A DNA stretch of 64,000 nucleotides. It comes from Takakia lepidozioides (Eukaryota > Plantae > Bryophyta). The stretch covers positions 30,442,001 to 30,506,000 of the forward strand of contig CM060734.1 of the NCBI GenBank assembly GCA_030704615.1, read 5' to 3'. Under the pieces are notes generated by a model. It was given only the letters and a program-made list of their open reading frames with translations. It was not told the origin of the DNA and did no database searches. Positions 1-12,848 of the stretch are shown here, piece after piece (the stretch's first letter is position 1; each line of letters starts with the position of its first letter). The translations under genes were made by a program, and so were the position numbers.

Positions 1-99
1 ATATTGTTAGTCTATTTTCTTTCTCTCTACTATCTGCTCAGGGAATGGTTAATCTGGTGATGTACTTGTTTATCCATCTAGCTCTTCTGTTGCTCTCCC

Positions 100-1646
100 A
101 CATGTTGTATTTTGCTATGCCACCGCTCTTAATGTCCTTTCCCAAGAATTTGGGCTGTGAAACAACCTTGACCTTGACTGAGGTTCTTGCACTACAATTC
201 TTATGTTTACTTGTTTCCATTTACTTATATTCAGTAGCTGAGCAAAGTTAAGCAGAGGTATGGCTGGTGTGGACAGACTTAGCTGGGAGGCTGGCAGAGA
301 CTAGTAGTTCAGAGGACAAGTTGCGATTGTTGCGCGGTTTTTTCTTCTGGCTTCAGGTATGTTACTGATGCGTCTCTGCACAGGTTGATGTTGTTGCCAG
401 TTTGTTGAGGTTTTCATGCGACAATGCTGCCACTGAATCTGAAGAAAAGATTTGCCAATTGGATGCAGCATTCATGCATGGATGGTGCTTATAAGCCATG
501 GGCTCCTCGACCTCTTGGTCAAAGTGGAAGTGAGGATTGTGTTGAGACTGATGGCCCAGAATGTGAGGTATGATCAATCTCTTGGACTTAGCTTTGGAAT
601 ATCTGTCCAACTGGATGGAATATCTGTCCAACTGGATGCAGACATGTTTTCTTATGCCTTATGTGGGTCAAGTAGACTCGGTTGCTAAGGTAATGCAAAG
701 TTCCACCACTCATATCTTGATATTGTGCCTCCCTCTTTGCACTACTTGTCCATGACCAGTGCACATAAGGAAAACAAATTTCAGTCAACCCCCTGAAGTT
801 GACGCCATATACCTCAGCGCTGGTCAAAATCGCCTTGCATTGTGACCCTGGCACTCCCTCTATCTGGGGTGAGGGGGTTTGTGGCCACCGCAAATAGGGG
901 ACTCTTGGGCTCCACTGGTCACAGGAAGCTCCATAACCTGCTATGATAAGTCTTTAAGATATCTACAACCTACTACAGGCATTGCTTCTATGTGATAGAA
1001 GCAAAAGGACAACTTTCTGATGGTAGCTTCCGCTCTCAACTGGTGGCACATAGCAAGGCTTGCTGGTTTGACCCCTCGAGTGACCTGCTCTCTGGCCTAC
1101 ATTATCCATGGGTGAGGGGGTCACATGGAAGTAGTGTAGGTCGAGTGCCCGCGTGAGGGGATTTGCCTGTCAGGGTTACTGGCTAGAGGCAGCAAGAGGG
1201 TAGAAGCCTCTAGAGCAAGGGTGCTGAGGTTAGAAAGATTCCAGTGAAGCTTCCATGAAGAGGTGATTGGAAGCATGTTTAAGTAGGGATCCTGAAGAAG
1301 GCTAAAGACTGTGTCTCTCTTGTCATTGTCATTTAAACTCAGGGCGGGAAGCCTATCTCTGAACAATGAACAGATGCAGAGAGGAAGAAGATATTGTAAT
1401 TGCCCAATGTGTGGGCAGGCTGAAGACAATATCCTTATACATTGTCCAGGATGTTCTCACCAGAGAGTAATCCTCTTCAGGACGATCAAGAACATTGTCC
1501 CTGCACCTATGTTCACCAACTTTCAATATCTTGAGGCTGAGCCCAAAGCCCTGGCCCAGTTGGTGTCTAATTTCTGGGCAGCTCATACACAGCAAGTTGA
1601 TGCTTGTGTGACTCTTTCTAGAGGTTATCTGGAAAACCCGAACTAA
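100..1646 (+). mobile_element. Degenerate non-LTR retrotransposon (LINE), 3' part of ORF2
   Basis: Broken frames read ALNVLSQEFGL*NNLDL (end of a LINE RT) near 125-180 and FKLRAGSLSL...RYCNCPMCGQAEDNILIHCP (C-terminal CCHC-like region of LINE ORF2) in ORF 1311-1646. Many stops and frameshifts. Left boundary approximate. Confidence 0.5.
596..637. repeat. Exact 21-bp tandem duplication (ggaatatctgtccaactggat x2)
   Basis: Seen directly in the sequence. Confidence 0.9.
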
Positions 1647-2507
1647 TTGTCTCTGTAAGTCGCACTACTGGAGTGAGCCCTTCGCAAAGGTAGTTTCTGT
1701 TTGCTTCTGTTCCGCCCAAACTGGGTTTGGGGACTATGCCCACAAAGCTATGGCAAACAACGGCTTATGAGTACATTCTCTCTTGTCATTGAACACTTTA
1801 TAGTGTATAGTCCATACATATAAGTACATCACAGTGCCACTTGTGGCTGGTGGGACTACCATTGAAATGTCCCTGGAGAGGTCTTTGTGGACTACTGAGA
1901 GTTTGCAGTCCCCTAATGATTGGGCTCTTTGCAGGATGCTTGAAGGATAGATGAAACTGATGGGTATTTCTTCCTCTCTTAAGATGCTAATTTAAGCTGA
2001 TGGTAGTGTATGTTGATCTGCTTCTGTTGACACAGGCTCGAACTGTCCTATGGCTCCTTGCTGTGAGAATGTAGTGAGCAGAGAGTGTGGAGGGTGGTCA
2101 AGATCTGTTATATATCTGCTATAACAGGTTTTACACACTTTGGCAGGTTTTGGCGGTGCTGTTCCCACTAGATAAGAAGAGGGTTGGATGGCGCACACCT
2201 CCACAATTGACCCAGCAGAGTAAGGACGTGGAAAATCCAGTCCTCGTCAATTTGGCAGATACTGAGTCAGGGGAGGCCTCTTTGTCAAATGTATATGTGA
2301 AGACCCAGTACTTGGGAGCACAACCCCAGGCCTTCCAAAGGGCTAAGATTCAAAAAGCAACATTCGTAAGTCTTGACTTCCAATCACATCGATATGAGAC
2401 TTCCTTTCAGTTATTCCTATAGATCTGAAAGGAATCGTAGTGATGACACTGACAGTGATAAAGTTTTTCCCTCATCATGTGCAAACCTGTTTTATGCAGT
2501 GGGCCTG

Positions 2508-2578
2508 CTGTTTCGTCAATGGGGTTCACCCCCAACTAGGGGCCTGTTTCGTCAATGGGGTTCACCCCCAACTAGGGG
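2508..2578. repeat. Tandem duplication with 36-bp period (ctgtttcgtcaatggggttcacccccaactagggg)
   Basis: Seen directly; units start at 2508 and 2544. Confidence 0.9.
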
Positions 2579-2604
2579 TATAGATATGGAGATGCTGATG
2601 CCTC

Positions 2605-2841
2605 TTGGTGGGATGGGGACTGCAGTGTTGTAGCTGCTTCAAGGAGTTTGGAAAAGAGAAGAAACGGCAGCGGGCGCTATATGAGGCCTGCGGCCACATT
2701 GGAGTCTGTGTGGGCTGTGCTGATATGTTGTGGAAGCTGGACAAACGCACATGCCTTACTTGTCAGCTCACTCAAGCAAAGAAGCCTAGGTCAATGCTTG
2801 AGTTCACGCGATTTGGGCAGGATGATTCATTGACTGCTTGA
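2605..2841 (+). CDS. RING-HC (C3HC4-type) zinc finger coding segment, probably the last exon of a spliced gene or pseudogene
   Basis: CxxC-x15-CGH-x3-CxxC-x10-CxxC pattern (CCSC...ACGHIGVCVGCADMLWKLDKRTCLTC). A candidate upstream donor (gtaagt at about 2366) and acceptors are present. Confidence 0.5.
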   Translation: MVGWGLQCCSCFKEFGKEKKRQRALYEACGHIGVCVGCADMLWKLDKRTCLTCQLTQAKKPRSMLEFTRFGQDDSLTA

Positions 2842-5663
2842 CCTATCTGCAAATTGCAAATGCAACATCTGGGAGCACAGATGGGAAGTGGGCCATGCGT
2901 GTTAGTTGCCCTATATGATCCGGTTGGTATGCAGGAGTTACCAACCTTTGCACCTATATTATAGGTTCCGATCATGCAAGCAGCCAGTGTGGACTGGAAG
3001 ACTCCTAGAAGGAGAAGAATCCAGCCACAGGCAGCAAAAGGTATATTCTCATTACACCGCCACCTGCTGATTGACACATGCAATAGCCAGTAGCACTCAG
3101 CAAAGATTCTCCTGACCAAATCTTCTCTTCAAGCTTCAGAAGCCCCTGGGACTAGCCCCGGCCACTTCTCACTTAGGCAAACCAAACATGTTTGCCAACT
3201 ACTGCCCGTGAAGATCTACAACTTTATCAATGCGTGTAACTTTCTTAATATGTACGCCGGATGTCTTCTCACGATGATGAAACTAAGTTACACCAACTGC
3301 CAGATGATTGTGTGCACCCTTGATTCAGAATGGTTGCACCTGCCGAAGACATGCTGTACACTATACTTGACTAAATGTTTTGAGAGTGGCTGTCTGTGGC
3401 TCTTGTTTTAATTTATCTGCGAATGTCCTAGATCCGGGACTTGTGGTGGACTTTGAGCAGAAAATTATCAGCAGTATATGGAGGCTTTGCTGTTGCTGTG
3501 GGAGTTTTGATATGGACACACAGCTAGAAATGAAGTCAGTTAGTGACAAGAGTCGTTGCACTTTCCCTCTGATTGGAAGTACTCCAGCATGTTCAGCCTT
3601 ACTCTCAAAGGATGGAGAAGCCCCTTTATTTTCCCCCTTTCATGTTTTATACAAAAGAAAATGTCTTCACACAAATCAGGCCCTTCAAAACTTAACCTCT
3701 TTGCCTTGGGATGTCTCCGAAGCACTCACTTAGGTGGCAGATTTTGAACCTAACATTACCTTCACCTGGCTTATCTCTTCCATACAGCTCCGGAGGGTGG
3801 CTTTTACTGTTCTGTCCGACAGAGGGATGAAATAGTGGTGCTCTTCCAGGTTTCTAAGTAGTTGATTGAAGATGTAAATCTTTACTTGAAAACCCCATCC
3901 TTTCATTAGATGAAAATGGATGGTGAATGCTTGCTTCAAGACTGTTGATGTGCAGATTAAATCAATTTGTGTTGTGGTGTGGTATTTTCCAAAATTGAGT
4001 AATTGTTTGTTGTTGTGGTCTTAATTTTTTTATTTTCTTGCTTGCAGAGACCACCAAAGGAGGCGGGAGAATCCTAATAAAATGTATACCCCCCTTAGCC
4101 TCCTTATATAGTTTTTGGAGGTGGTGATGGAGCCTTCTAGAAGGGGGCCACCGCCTCATCCTGCTAAGATGTAAAAGTAGTAAGGAGGATGGCGTCTACT
4201 GCGCATTTCTTGGGCCCATTGCCCCATCTCACGCCGTATTAAAAAAAAACCATCCAGCCGTCTACCTCCCATCGACCCTCCTACTTCTACGCTAGGCGGC
4301 CCCACTGATTCGCGCTTCCCACAGTGTCGGGTTGCCTGGGCACATGGGTTGGGGTACATAGTGGGCTGTCAATTGTAAACCTTAAGCTCCATTGACAGGG
4401 GAGTTTAACCCCTAAAGGACGAGTTAAATTCTAGCACTTTTGGAGAAAATGAGTATATACCACAGGTGGGCGTTTATAATGATTTCGATATACCCTTAGG
4501 TTTCCAGTTGCCCCTTTTCAGTAAAAACATGGACCCTCCAGGTCCGGTTTTGAATTTGTGTGCACATACAATCTGGGTCAGGTCAGAGTAAAATAAGATC
4601 CGGTTAGGGTAGTCATATAGTATACCCTGGAGGCCAGGGTAAATTAACCTATTATACAAACTAGGGTAGCCTGTGCCGATGGCCCAAGTGTCCAGTTTCT
4701 TTAAGTCCAAGTGCAATCTCACGTGTATCCAAGCGCAATCTCCTGGCCCTATGTCGAGGCCCATGTGTGAAGAATTGAAATCAATATACTAAAATGAAGT
4801 TCGATGTTAATTTAATTACAAAAAATGCGTGGTACATTAATGAACTAATGTTTAAAATATTGTAAACATGAGCAAAATGAGCAACAATGTAATGTGATTC
4901 AGAGATTGGAATTTGGTGAAAGAGTTAGAAATTATATTAATACTTCTGTATATACTAAAATGAAGTTGGATGTCAAAAACACTTGAAATTCCAAATCTCC
5001 CAACATGAGGGGCTAATCATTGCCTATGCCGTTGGCCCAAGTGGTCCAAGTGCAATCCCCTAAGTATCCAAGTGCGTCTCCTATGTCGAGACCGGAACAC
5101 ACTAGACATAGGATGCGATTGAATGTGCGCTAGCCTACCGGTACGGTCGCCGGGGCTTGCCGGAGCTGGCATGCCCTTGGTGGGCCCGCAGTCAAATCCC
5201 CACCCCCAAGCCGTGCATTTATGCCTGTATTATAGTTCAAAGGATTAAAATTCTGAGGGGTTGCCAGAAAGGGGCGGGTAGCTTGGTGCCTGGATGCATT
5301 GATGCATTAACCATTAACACATGGGTGCCAGATTCAAACCACGGCCATGGCGCGATGGAAATTGAATGTTTAAGGATTTGACTAAGGTACCATTAAAGTT
5401 TTGTATGTCCAAAAAAATTCGAAGTCCCTCGACTAGCGGATCTCCGCTCCCCTGTTCCCAATCGTTGCTCCCCTATTCCCATATATATACCGCTCCCATG
5501 TTTGTTCTCCTTGCTCCCCAGTGTTATTGCTCCCTGGATGCTATTGTGTGTCCGCCGCTCCTCTGTTCTCCTTGCTCCCCTGGGTTACTGCTCCGCCGCT
5601 CCCTTGTTACCGCTCCCCTACTCCTGGCTCCCTTGTACTATTGCAATAACAGGGGAGCGGAGT

Positions 5664-6381
5664 TGTCGCGGCCCTTCGCCTTGAGGGCAGGGGGTCGGGA
5701 CACAAGAGGGGCTGCCCCTGTGGTGGGGGCAGTGGCGACAATAGATGCGGGGGCTAAAGCACCCTTGAGTGCCCAAGGCACTCACTAGGTGGAGCCCCGC
5801 ACACCGGGTTGCGGTGGGGGTGGTTCCACGAGGGGTGGTGGTAGCTTAGTGGGACTTAGTGGGACTTAGTGGGGGTGGCATAGGACTCACCATGGGGGCG
5901 GAGACCTTGGGGTGGGAGTCGTGGGGAGTCTTGGGACTCATCACGGTCCAATGGGACCGTGGTGAGTGGGCCAAGACTCACCGCGACTCATCACCGAGAA
6001 TCGAGGGTTTTCGTGGTGGTTCACCATAAAATGGCATGGTTGTTTGTGAAACCCCCGCGGACAGTCACAAACGTATATATAGGGAGTAGTAACCCCGAGA
6101 ACAGTGCAAGCCCGTTGGTGACCAAAAACTAGTGAGTAAGCGTGCGAGCCGGAAAGCGACCAAGGTGTGGGGAGCTATTCCGGATTGCCATCGATCAAAG
6201 GGAATTTCCATTAGGCCCAAATTGGGAGAGGGTCTTGTGGAGGAGTGAAGGGGGACCGTTATGTCCCGGTGAGCAGCCGAAGCTCCGAGTTGGCCCGGCG
6301 GCCAGTTAGGGAGTTAAGCTCGCGCATCAGAACAAGTAACTATGACTTGAAGGGGAGCTCACCGAAGTGAGGTGCGCGACA
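5664..6381 (+). repeat. 5' LTR of Ty3/gypsy element A (718 bp)
   Basis: Starts TGTCGCG and ends CGCGACA (7-bp terminal inverted repeat). Contains tatatata at about 6074 and is followed immediately by a PBS. Confidence 0.8.
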
Positions 6382-6383
6382 TT

Positions 6384-6395
6384 TGGTATCACAGC
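6384..6395 (+). promoter_or_regulatory. Primer binding site (tRNA-iMet type)
   Basis: TGGTATCACAGC, one mismatch from the canonical TGGTATCAGAGC, 2 nt after the LTR end. Confidence 0.8.
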
Positions 6396-7345
6396 TTAGA
6401 GTTCAGTACGCGATCGTCCTTGGGATCGGCCTCATCATGGGGTCGGGCAAGCCAAAGCGAAAGCGGAACGGCCCGAAAGATAATGATCCTGGTGAGCCCA
6501 ATGGGGGCGACGTGTCACCACAGCGGCCATTTGAGGAAGCGATGCATGCTTTTGAAAATGAGGCCGCTCAAGAACGGGAGGAATCTGAGGAGTCAGAGCC
6601 CGAGGAATTCCAGAGAGCTCCGACAGACCAACAGATGTCTCACATGCCATCAGCCTTTTGGGAAGGGTTGTTGGCGCAGTTTGGCGGGACGTTGAAAGAC
6701 GTGTTGAAGGCGGCTAATGCCACTTCCACTAAAGGCAAAGTTTAAGGTGAAGCCTAAGGAACCCAGAACCTTCGAGGGCGTCCGAAATCGGAAGGCACTC
6801 AACACCTGGCTCTTGGAGCTAGAGCAGTACTTCCGGGCGGCCAAGTTGAGTGACGAGGATCGGGTGGAAGTGGCTCCCACCTATTTAATGGGCTATGCTC
6901 AACAATGGTGGTAGAAACGTCTTCACGACCGAGGTCTAAACCCGGAAACCTTGAACTGGAGTGGGTTCAAGGAACTGATGAAGAGACAGTTTGTGCCCCT
7001 CAACACGTCCTGGCTCGCCCGGGACAAGATAAGGAATCTGAAGCAAACGGATGACATTCAGGGATATGTTCAGGCTTTCAATACGCTGTTGCTCGAAGTC
7101 GCGGACATGGCAGAACCAGAAGTCTTCAACTTTGTGGCGGGACTGGCCCCATGGGCCAGACGGAAGTTGGAGGAGAAGCCACCTAAGACTTTGAACGAGG
7201 CAATTGAAAGGGCTGAATGTTTCTCGGATGTCCCTAGGGGCGAAAAACAAGGCCGTACGGAGCTGAACCACAAGAAGACCCGGCGGGAGGGTGACTCATT
7301 TCGACCGGAAAAGAAGTGGGATAGGCCACGCGGCGACAATGACAC

Positions 7346-9043
7346 GTGGAAATCGAAGGGATGGCTACTCCGAAAGGAAAATCAGGTGCGACGCCTTATG
7401 GCGGACAAAAGGCGACCTTCGATGGAGTGTGCTTCAATTGTGGGGAGCCCGGGCACATGGCCAAGAAGTGTACGAATCCCCGACAATTGAACATGACTCG
7501 GGCAACCACAGAGATGTCCGAAGCTTCCATCAGCCGCTTGGTGGAGGCGGTGGTCACCAAGACTTGCAAGGTAGGCAACTACTCTTGTGAGTTGTATCAA
7601 GAAACTGGCACCTTGCGTAAAGGGAGTCAATTAATGTTTGTGAGTGGGATAATCTCCGGAACTAACGTGTCGTTGTTGGTGGACACAGGAGCGTCGCACT
7701 CCTTCATGACACCGGCAACGCCACGGAAGCTGGGACTCCCGACAAGTGATGTGGGGGCTTCTATTGAGGTGTGTTCTGCCAAAGGAGAACCACAATTGGC
7801 GACGAGGTTGGCGTTCGATGTTCCTCTTCAGCTCGGGAATTGGGAGGAACGTGAGAACTTCACCATTTGCGAGATCAATGGAGTGGATCTCATTTTGGGA
7901 ATGACCTTTTTGAGCAAATCCGGAGCAGTCATAGATGGCCGCAAGAGAGTAGTCATGCTACTGTGTGGGAATGGTGGCGAAGTTTTAAGAGTGTCGGAAA
8001 CGCCCAACCCAGTAGGAGGGCGAATAAACCTGTTGTCAACAAAGGAGTGGGCCGTGGAAGAGCCACACGAGCCCCAGTTTTTGCTTTACGTGAGACAAGT
8101 GAAGGGAGAAGGCGATAGGGAGCCGAGCCCAGATTGGATCAAGGGGATTTTGGAGAAATACCAGGATGTGATGCCGGAGGATTTACCAAGCGGCTTGCCA
8201 CCGCGAAGAGGAGTTGACCACAAGATTGAGGTGATACCGGAATCGGAGCCACCTACCAAGGCGCCCTACCAGTTGAGCCACAGAGAGTTGGTCGAGCTGA
8301 AGACTCAGCTCAAGGATCTAATGTCAAAGGGGTACATCCGGCCGAGTAAGTCACCTTACGGAGCCCCGGTGCTATTCGTAGACAAGAAGGATGGGACGCT
8401 GCAGATGTGTGTCGATTACAGGGCTCTGAATAAGGTGACTATCAAAAACCGATACCCTTTGCCAAGGATCGACGACCTCTTCGATCGGTTGGCAGGAGTG
8501 AAGTATTTCAGCCGGATCGATTTGCGCTCCGGGTATCATCAAATTCGAGTGGCGGAAGGAGATGAAGAGAAGACTGCGTGCAAGACAAGGTATGGTTCAT
8601 ATGAGTTCTTGGTGATGCCTTTTGGGCTCACCAACGCACCCACAACCTTTAGCACGCTAATGAACAGCCTCTTCCAGGAGTGGTTGGACGACTTTGTGAT
8701 CGTGTACATCGACGACATTCTGGTGTACTCAAAAACAAAGGAAGAGCACCTGGAGCACCTCAAAAGGGTGTTCCAGAAATTACGGGAAGGGAAGTTATAT
8801 ACCACAGCTTCAAAGTGCGAATTCGGGGTCACAAAAGTGGAGTTCCTGGGGCATGTGATTACACAAGATGGGATAAAAATGGATGACAGAAAGGTGAGGG
8901 CGATCTTGGACTGGGAGCCTCCGACTTTGGTCCCGGGAGTGCGATCCTTCTTAGGACTCGCCTCCTATTACCGAAAGTATGTAAGAAATTTCGCCAAGAT
9001 TGCGGGGTCGTTGTCAGACCTCCTGTGTAAATCCAAGGTATAG
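7346..9043 (+). pseudogene. gag-pol fragment of element A (zinc knuckle, aspartic protease, reverse transcriptase)
   Basis: 565-aa ORF with DTGA and YIDD motifs; a premature TAG separates it from RNase H. Confidence 0.9.
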
Positions 9044-9890
9044 GTATGGAACACCTTTTGTGGCCAAGCTTTTGCCGAATTGAAGCAGCAGATGGCGGAA
9101 GCTCCTGTCCTGAAAATCCCGGAGTTCGACCACCCATTTGAGATTCATACGGATGCGTCGGACTTCGCACTCATGCAGGATGGACCTCCAGTGGCTTATG
9201 AAAGTAAGAAACTGAATGAAGTGGAGCGACGGTGGCCAACGCACGAGAAAGAGATGAAGGCTATGGTGCATTGCCTTTAGCTTTGGCGCCACTATATTGG
9301 TTCCAACCCGGTGAAGATGTTCACGGACAATGTCACGGTGAAGTTATTTTGGCCACGCAGCTAAGTTGTCCCCAAAACAACTTAGGTGGCAAGATACTTT
9401 GGCGGTGTTCGACGTGGATATCCAGTACAAACCGGGATGGGACAATGTGGTGGCCGATGCTTTAAGTAGAAAGCTGCAGCTCATGTTAATATACAAGGGC
9501 GAGACGACGCTCCAGAGGAAGATCCGGAAGGCTTACCGGAAGGATGAGATGGCGAAGTCCGTGATGCGGGACTTGAGGATGGGGGTTAAATCACAGTTCC
9601 ACTTGCAAAATGGACTGCTCCGGTATAAGCAAAAACGTCTCTACGTGCCGAAGGGAGGGATCAGAGATAGTCTCTTGAGAGAATGTCATGATGGCCCGCT
9701 TGCGGGCGACGGTGGAGCCAAGCGCACTGCGGCACTCTTGAAAAAAGGTATTTCTGGCCCAAACTGAGGGAGGAGGCCGAGGAGTATGTCAAGACATGCA
9801 CCACATCCAACAAAAACCGGAGCGAGTACAAAAAGCAAGCGGGGCTGTTACAACCCTTGCCGATTCCAGAGGGGTCTTGGGAAAGTGTCT

Positions 9891-10087
9891 CGAGCGTGTG
9901 AGCTGACAGGTACGGCCCACGTGGTACAGCCCGGGAACCCCGCTCCGGCAGCCTCGTCGGCGAGCTAGACGCCCCATGTCAAACCCCACCCCCCATCCGC
10001 CCCTCCGCCCGCTGCCCCGCCCGGGACCCCTGACCCCCGCCCCACTTCTGGCCACACGGCGCCCACACCACCGCCCGATCTCCAGCC
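9891..10087 (+). repeat. Left terminal inverted repeat of a MULE-like DNA transposon, interrupted at 10088
   Basis: cgagcgtgtgagctgacaggtacggccc... is the reverse complement of about 14403-14559. Confidence 0.8.
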
Positions 10088-12348
10088 TGTCGTGCGCATA
10101 CATATCGCTACACAACTACATCGCTATCCAAAACCACACAACACATGTGCACACCACACACTAGTATACCAATAGTCCACCACTAGTCCAGCCACTAGTC
10201 CAACCACTAGGCTACAACTAGTCAGTCACTAGGCTGCCACTATGTTGCCCACTATGGCAGTCACTAGTCCACACAATCGCCCCCCTAGCTGGTGCTTAGG
10301 TCCCTCTAAGTCCAGGTAGCCACAAGATGTGATAGTGACCATAGCCTCACTATGTCCTCCACCACTATCCCTACTACACTCAAACTCGATAGATCAAGAG
10401 GCCGGGTGCAAGAGTTGCGCCATCGTTAGTCGCCGTCTTGCAACCTGTGAACTTGAGCTTGGGATCTCATGTATTGACTCCTATGAGCTTGGCCTCCCAT
10501 GTCTTGTTAGCTGCCTCCAGTCATGTCCATTGCCACTATCCCAAGCAATGTGGACACAACCAATCTCCGTCAGGAACCTTCTCAAGAGGTGGTGTCAAGC
10601 ATCCCATATGCCAACCCCTTGAGCATCGATCACACACTAGCATGGTGGCTGCCTCTTTGGCAGACCCACAGAGCATGCACCTCAAACCTATAGGTACCAC
10701 TGCCAAGTTTGGGTCAACTCTGCCATCGACATTGGGAAGGTGATATGGCGCACAATTACGCACATGGTCCTTCCAAGTCATGCCATCCCGACCCTCCAAG
10801 ATCAGGACCCCTGAGGGCAACACCTCTCGAACCCTCAGAAATAACACGCCCTGTAGTAACATCCAGAGTCGTAGGAGCAGTCTGCTGCAAATAAACATAG
10901 TCACCAGGGCTAAACCTCCGAACCCCAGGACGATATCCTCCACCACGTATAGTGGTTAACCTCAACGTATCACGGTGTTGTGCAATGGCAAGGTTCTCAA
11001 AAGCCATGGGCATGACTTTCTTGAACAACTCTGCACGTTGATCACATGCACGTACCCACACGTCCGGATCGTCAAGGTTAAGGACTTGAGCAGTGTCCCT
11101 ACGAATGGCTGCAGGCAAATCCGGCTCTCGGCCAAAGAGAAAGAAATATGGTGAGAAGGAGGCAAGTGATGCTTGTTTGCTGAACCTGTAGCCCATGGCT
11201 AACCAAGGACCTGAAGATCCCAATCTCCTAGGTGTCCCTTCTGCAAGCCATACTTGCGCAAACCCCTCTTTACCGTCTGAACAACTCTCTCTGCTAAGCC
11301 ATCGGCCTCAGGATGATCCCGAGAAGTGGTGCGGTGGTCTATCAAGGCTTTATCACACAAAGCCTGAAACTCCCCCAAAAACTCTCTCCCTTGGTCCGTG
11401 AGTACCTCAGCTAGAGCACCAAATCGGCTAAGCACATGATCCAAGAATGCATACGCAGCCCCCTCACTAGCCTTGTCAGGCAATGGAACCAACTCAATCC
11501 ACTTGGAGAAGTGCTCCACCATCACCAACACATATCTGTGGTGGCGCATAGTCAGTGGCAACGGTCCTGCGAAGTCAAGACTCTACCTGTAGCCCAATCC
11601 ATGATTGGTAAAAGATGCAACTGTGGTGTAGGGGTGTTGAATGAAGCACGCACCCTGTCACACACCATGCACCTAGCCACGAACTGTTGCACCTCTATAT
11701 GCATACCACGCCACCAATACTGCCCTTGTAGTAAACTGTGAGTGCGTCGCACTCCAAAATGCCCCAACTCCTCCTGGGCATGCTGCACTAACCGTGCACG
11801 CTGTGTGGGATGAGGCACAATCCTCACCCGACCATCCTCCCACACTCGAAGTAAGTGTATCCCCTCCCACTTGAACCTCTTGGCTCGTTGCAGGATCCGA
11901 TCCCTCTCCCTGGAAGTCACAGTGGCTGCCGTGTCTCCCGTGCGGAGGTAGTCCAACACAGCCGAATCCTCATGTATATCTCTGGCACCACCTGGCTCAT
12001 CACTAGCCTCAGGGTCCTCAGACACTCCATCTACAGTCATCCCTGTTGTAGGTCCAACCTGACCTCCCGATGCCAAGATACACAAAAATGCAGATGCGTG
12101 CCATCCCGACACCATCTCCTCGTCCGTCTCACCGTGCCACCAAGCTCCAGTGTCATCCTGCTGGCTCATGCATGGATTGCGACTCAATCCATCCGCATCC
12201 CGATTGACCAAACCCGGTCGATGCACAACCTGAAAAGTCATACTCCTGGAGTATGAGTGCCCACCGTGCAAGCTTCCCCGTAAGCTTGTCTGACTCCATC
12301 AACCACTTGAGTGGTTGGTGATCCGTGACAAAGGGTGAAAAAGATTGC
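10088..12348 (-). mobile_element. Decayed 3' portion of the PHD-integrase gypsy family (copy 1 of element B)
   Basis: Nearly identical to 55997-58250. Contains a 188-bp terminal repeat (10088-10275), PPT, PHD finger (10536-10680), rve integrase and the end of RNase H. Frameshifted and runs into the N gap. Confidence 0.93.
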
Positions 12349-12848
12349 NNNNNNNNNNNNNNNNNNNNNNNNNNNNNNNNNNNNNNNNNNNNNNNNNNNN
12401 NNNNNNNNNNNNNNNNNNNNNNNNNNNNNNNNNNNNNNNNNNNNNNNNNNNNNNNNNNNNNNNNNNNNNNNNNNNNNNNNNNNNNNNNNNNNNNNNNNNN
12501 NNNNNNNNNNNNNNNNNNNNNNNNNNNNNNNNNNNNNNNNNNNNNNNNNNNNNNNNNNNNNNNNNNNNNNNNNNNNNNNNNNNNNNNNNNNNNNNNNNNN
12601 NNNNNNNNNNNNNNNNNNNNNNNNNNNNNNNNNNNNNNNNNNNNNNNNNNNNNNNNNNNNNNNNNNNNNNNNNNNNNNNNNNNNNNNNNNNNNNNNNNNN
12701 NNNNNNNNNNNNNNNNNNNNNNNNNNNNNNNNNNNNNNNNNNNNNNNNNNNNNNNNNNNNNNNNNNNNNNNNNNNNNNNNNNNNNNNNNNNNNNNNNNNN
12801 NNNNNNNNNNNNNNNNNNNNNNNNNNNNNNNNNNNNNNNNNNNNNNNN
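12349..12848. other. Assembly gap (500 N)
   Basis: Run of N; the sequences on either side belong to different elements. Confidence 1.

Larger units (their letters stand above)
5664..9890 (+). mobile_element. Ty3/gypsy LTR retrotransposon A (chromovirus-like RT), degenerate and truncated within integrase
   Basis: Gag in broken ORFs 6383-7490. ORF 7346-9043 has a CCHC knuckle ([14 protein letters not shown]), protease ([10 protein letters not shown]) and RT (YIDDILVYS). RNase H (HTDASDFA) lies in 9080-9280, followed by the integrase Zn region and LQPLPIPEGSWESVS. Several stops and frameshifts; cut off at about 9890. Confidence 0.92.

Noticed and set aside
2900-4300. Possible decayed transposase on the minus strand
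   Set aside because: Coding-like fragments with many stops and no motif I can name.
4670-5095. Imperfect direct repeats (ggcccaagtg...ctatgtcgag; tatactaaaatgaagtt)
   Set aside because: Real but short and degenerate, with no termini or TSD; no function can be supported.
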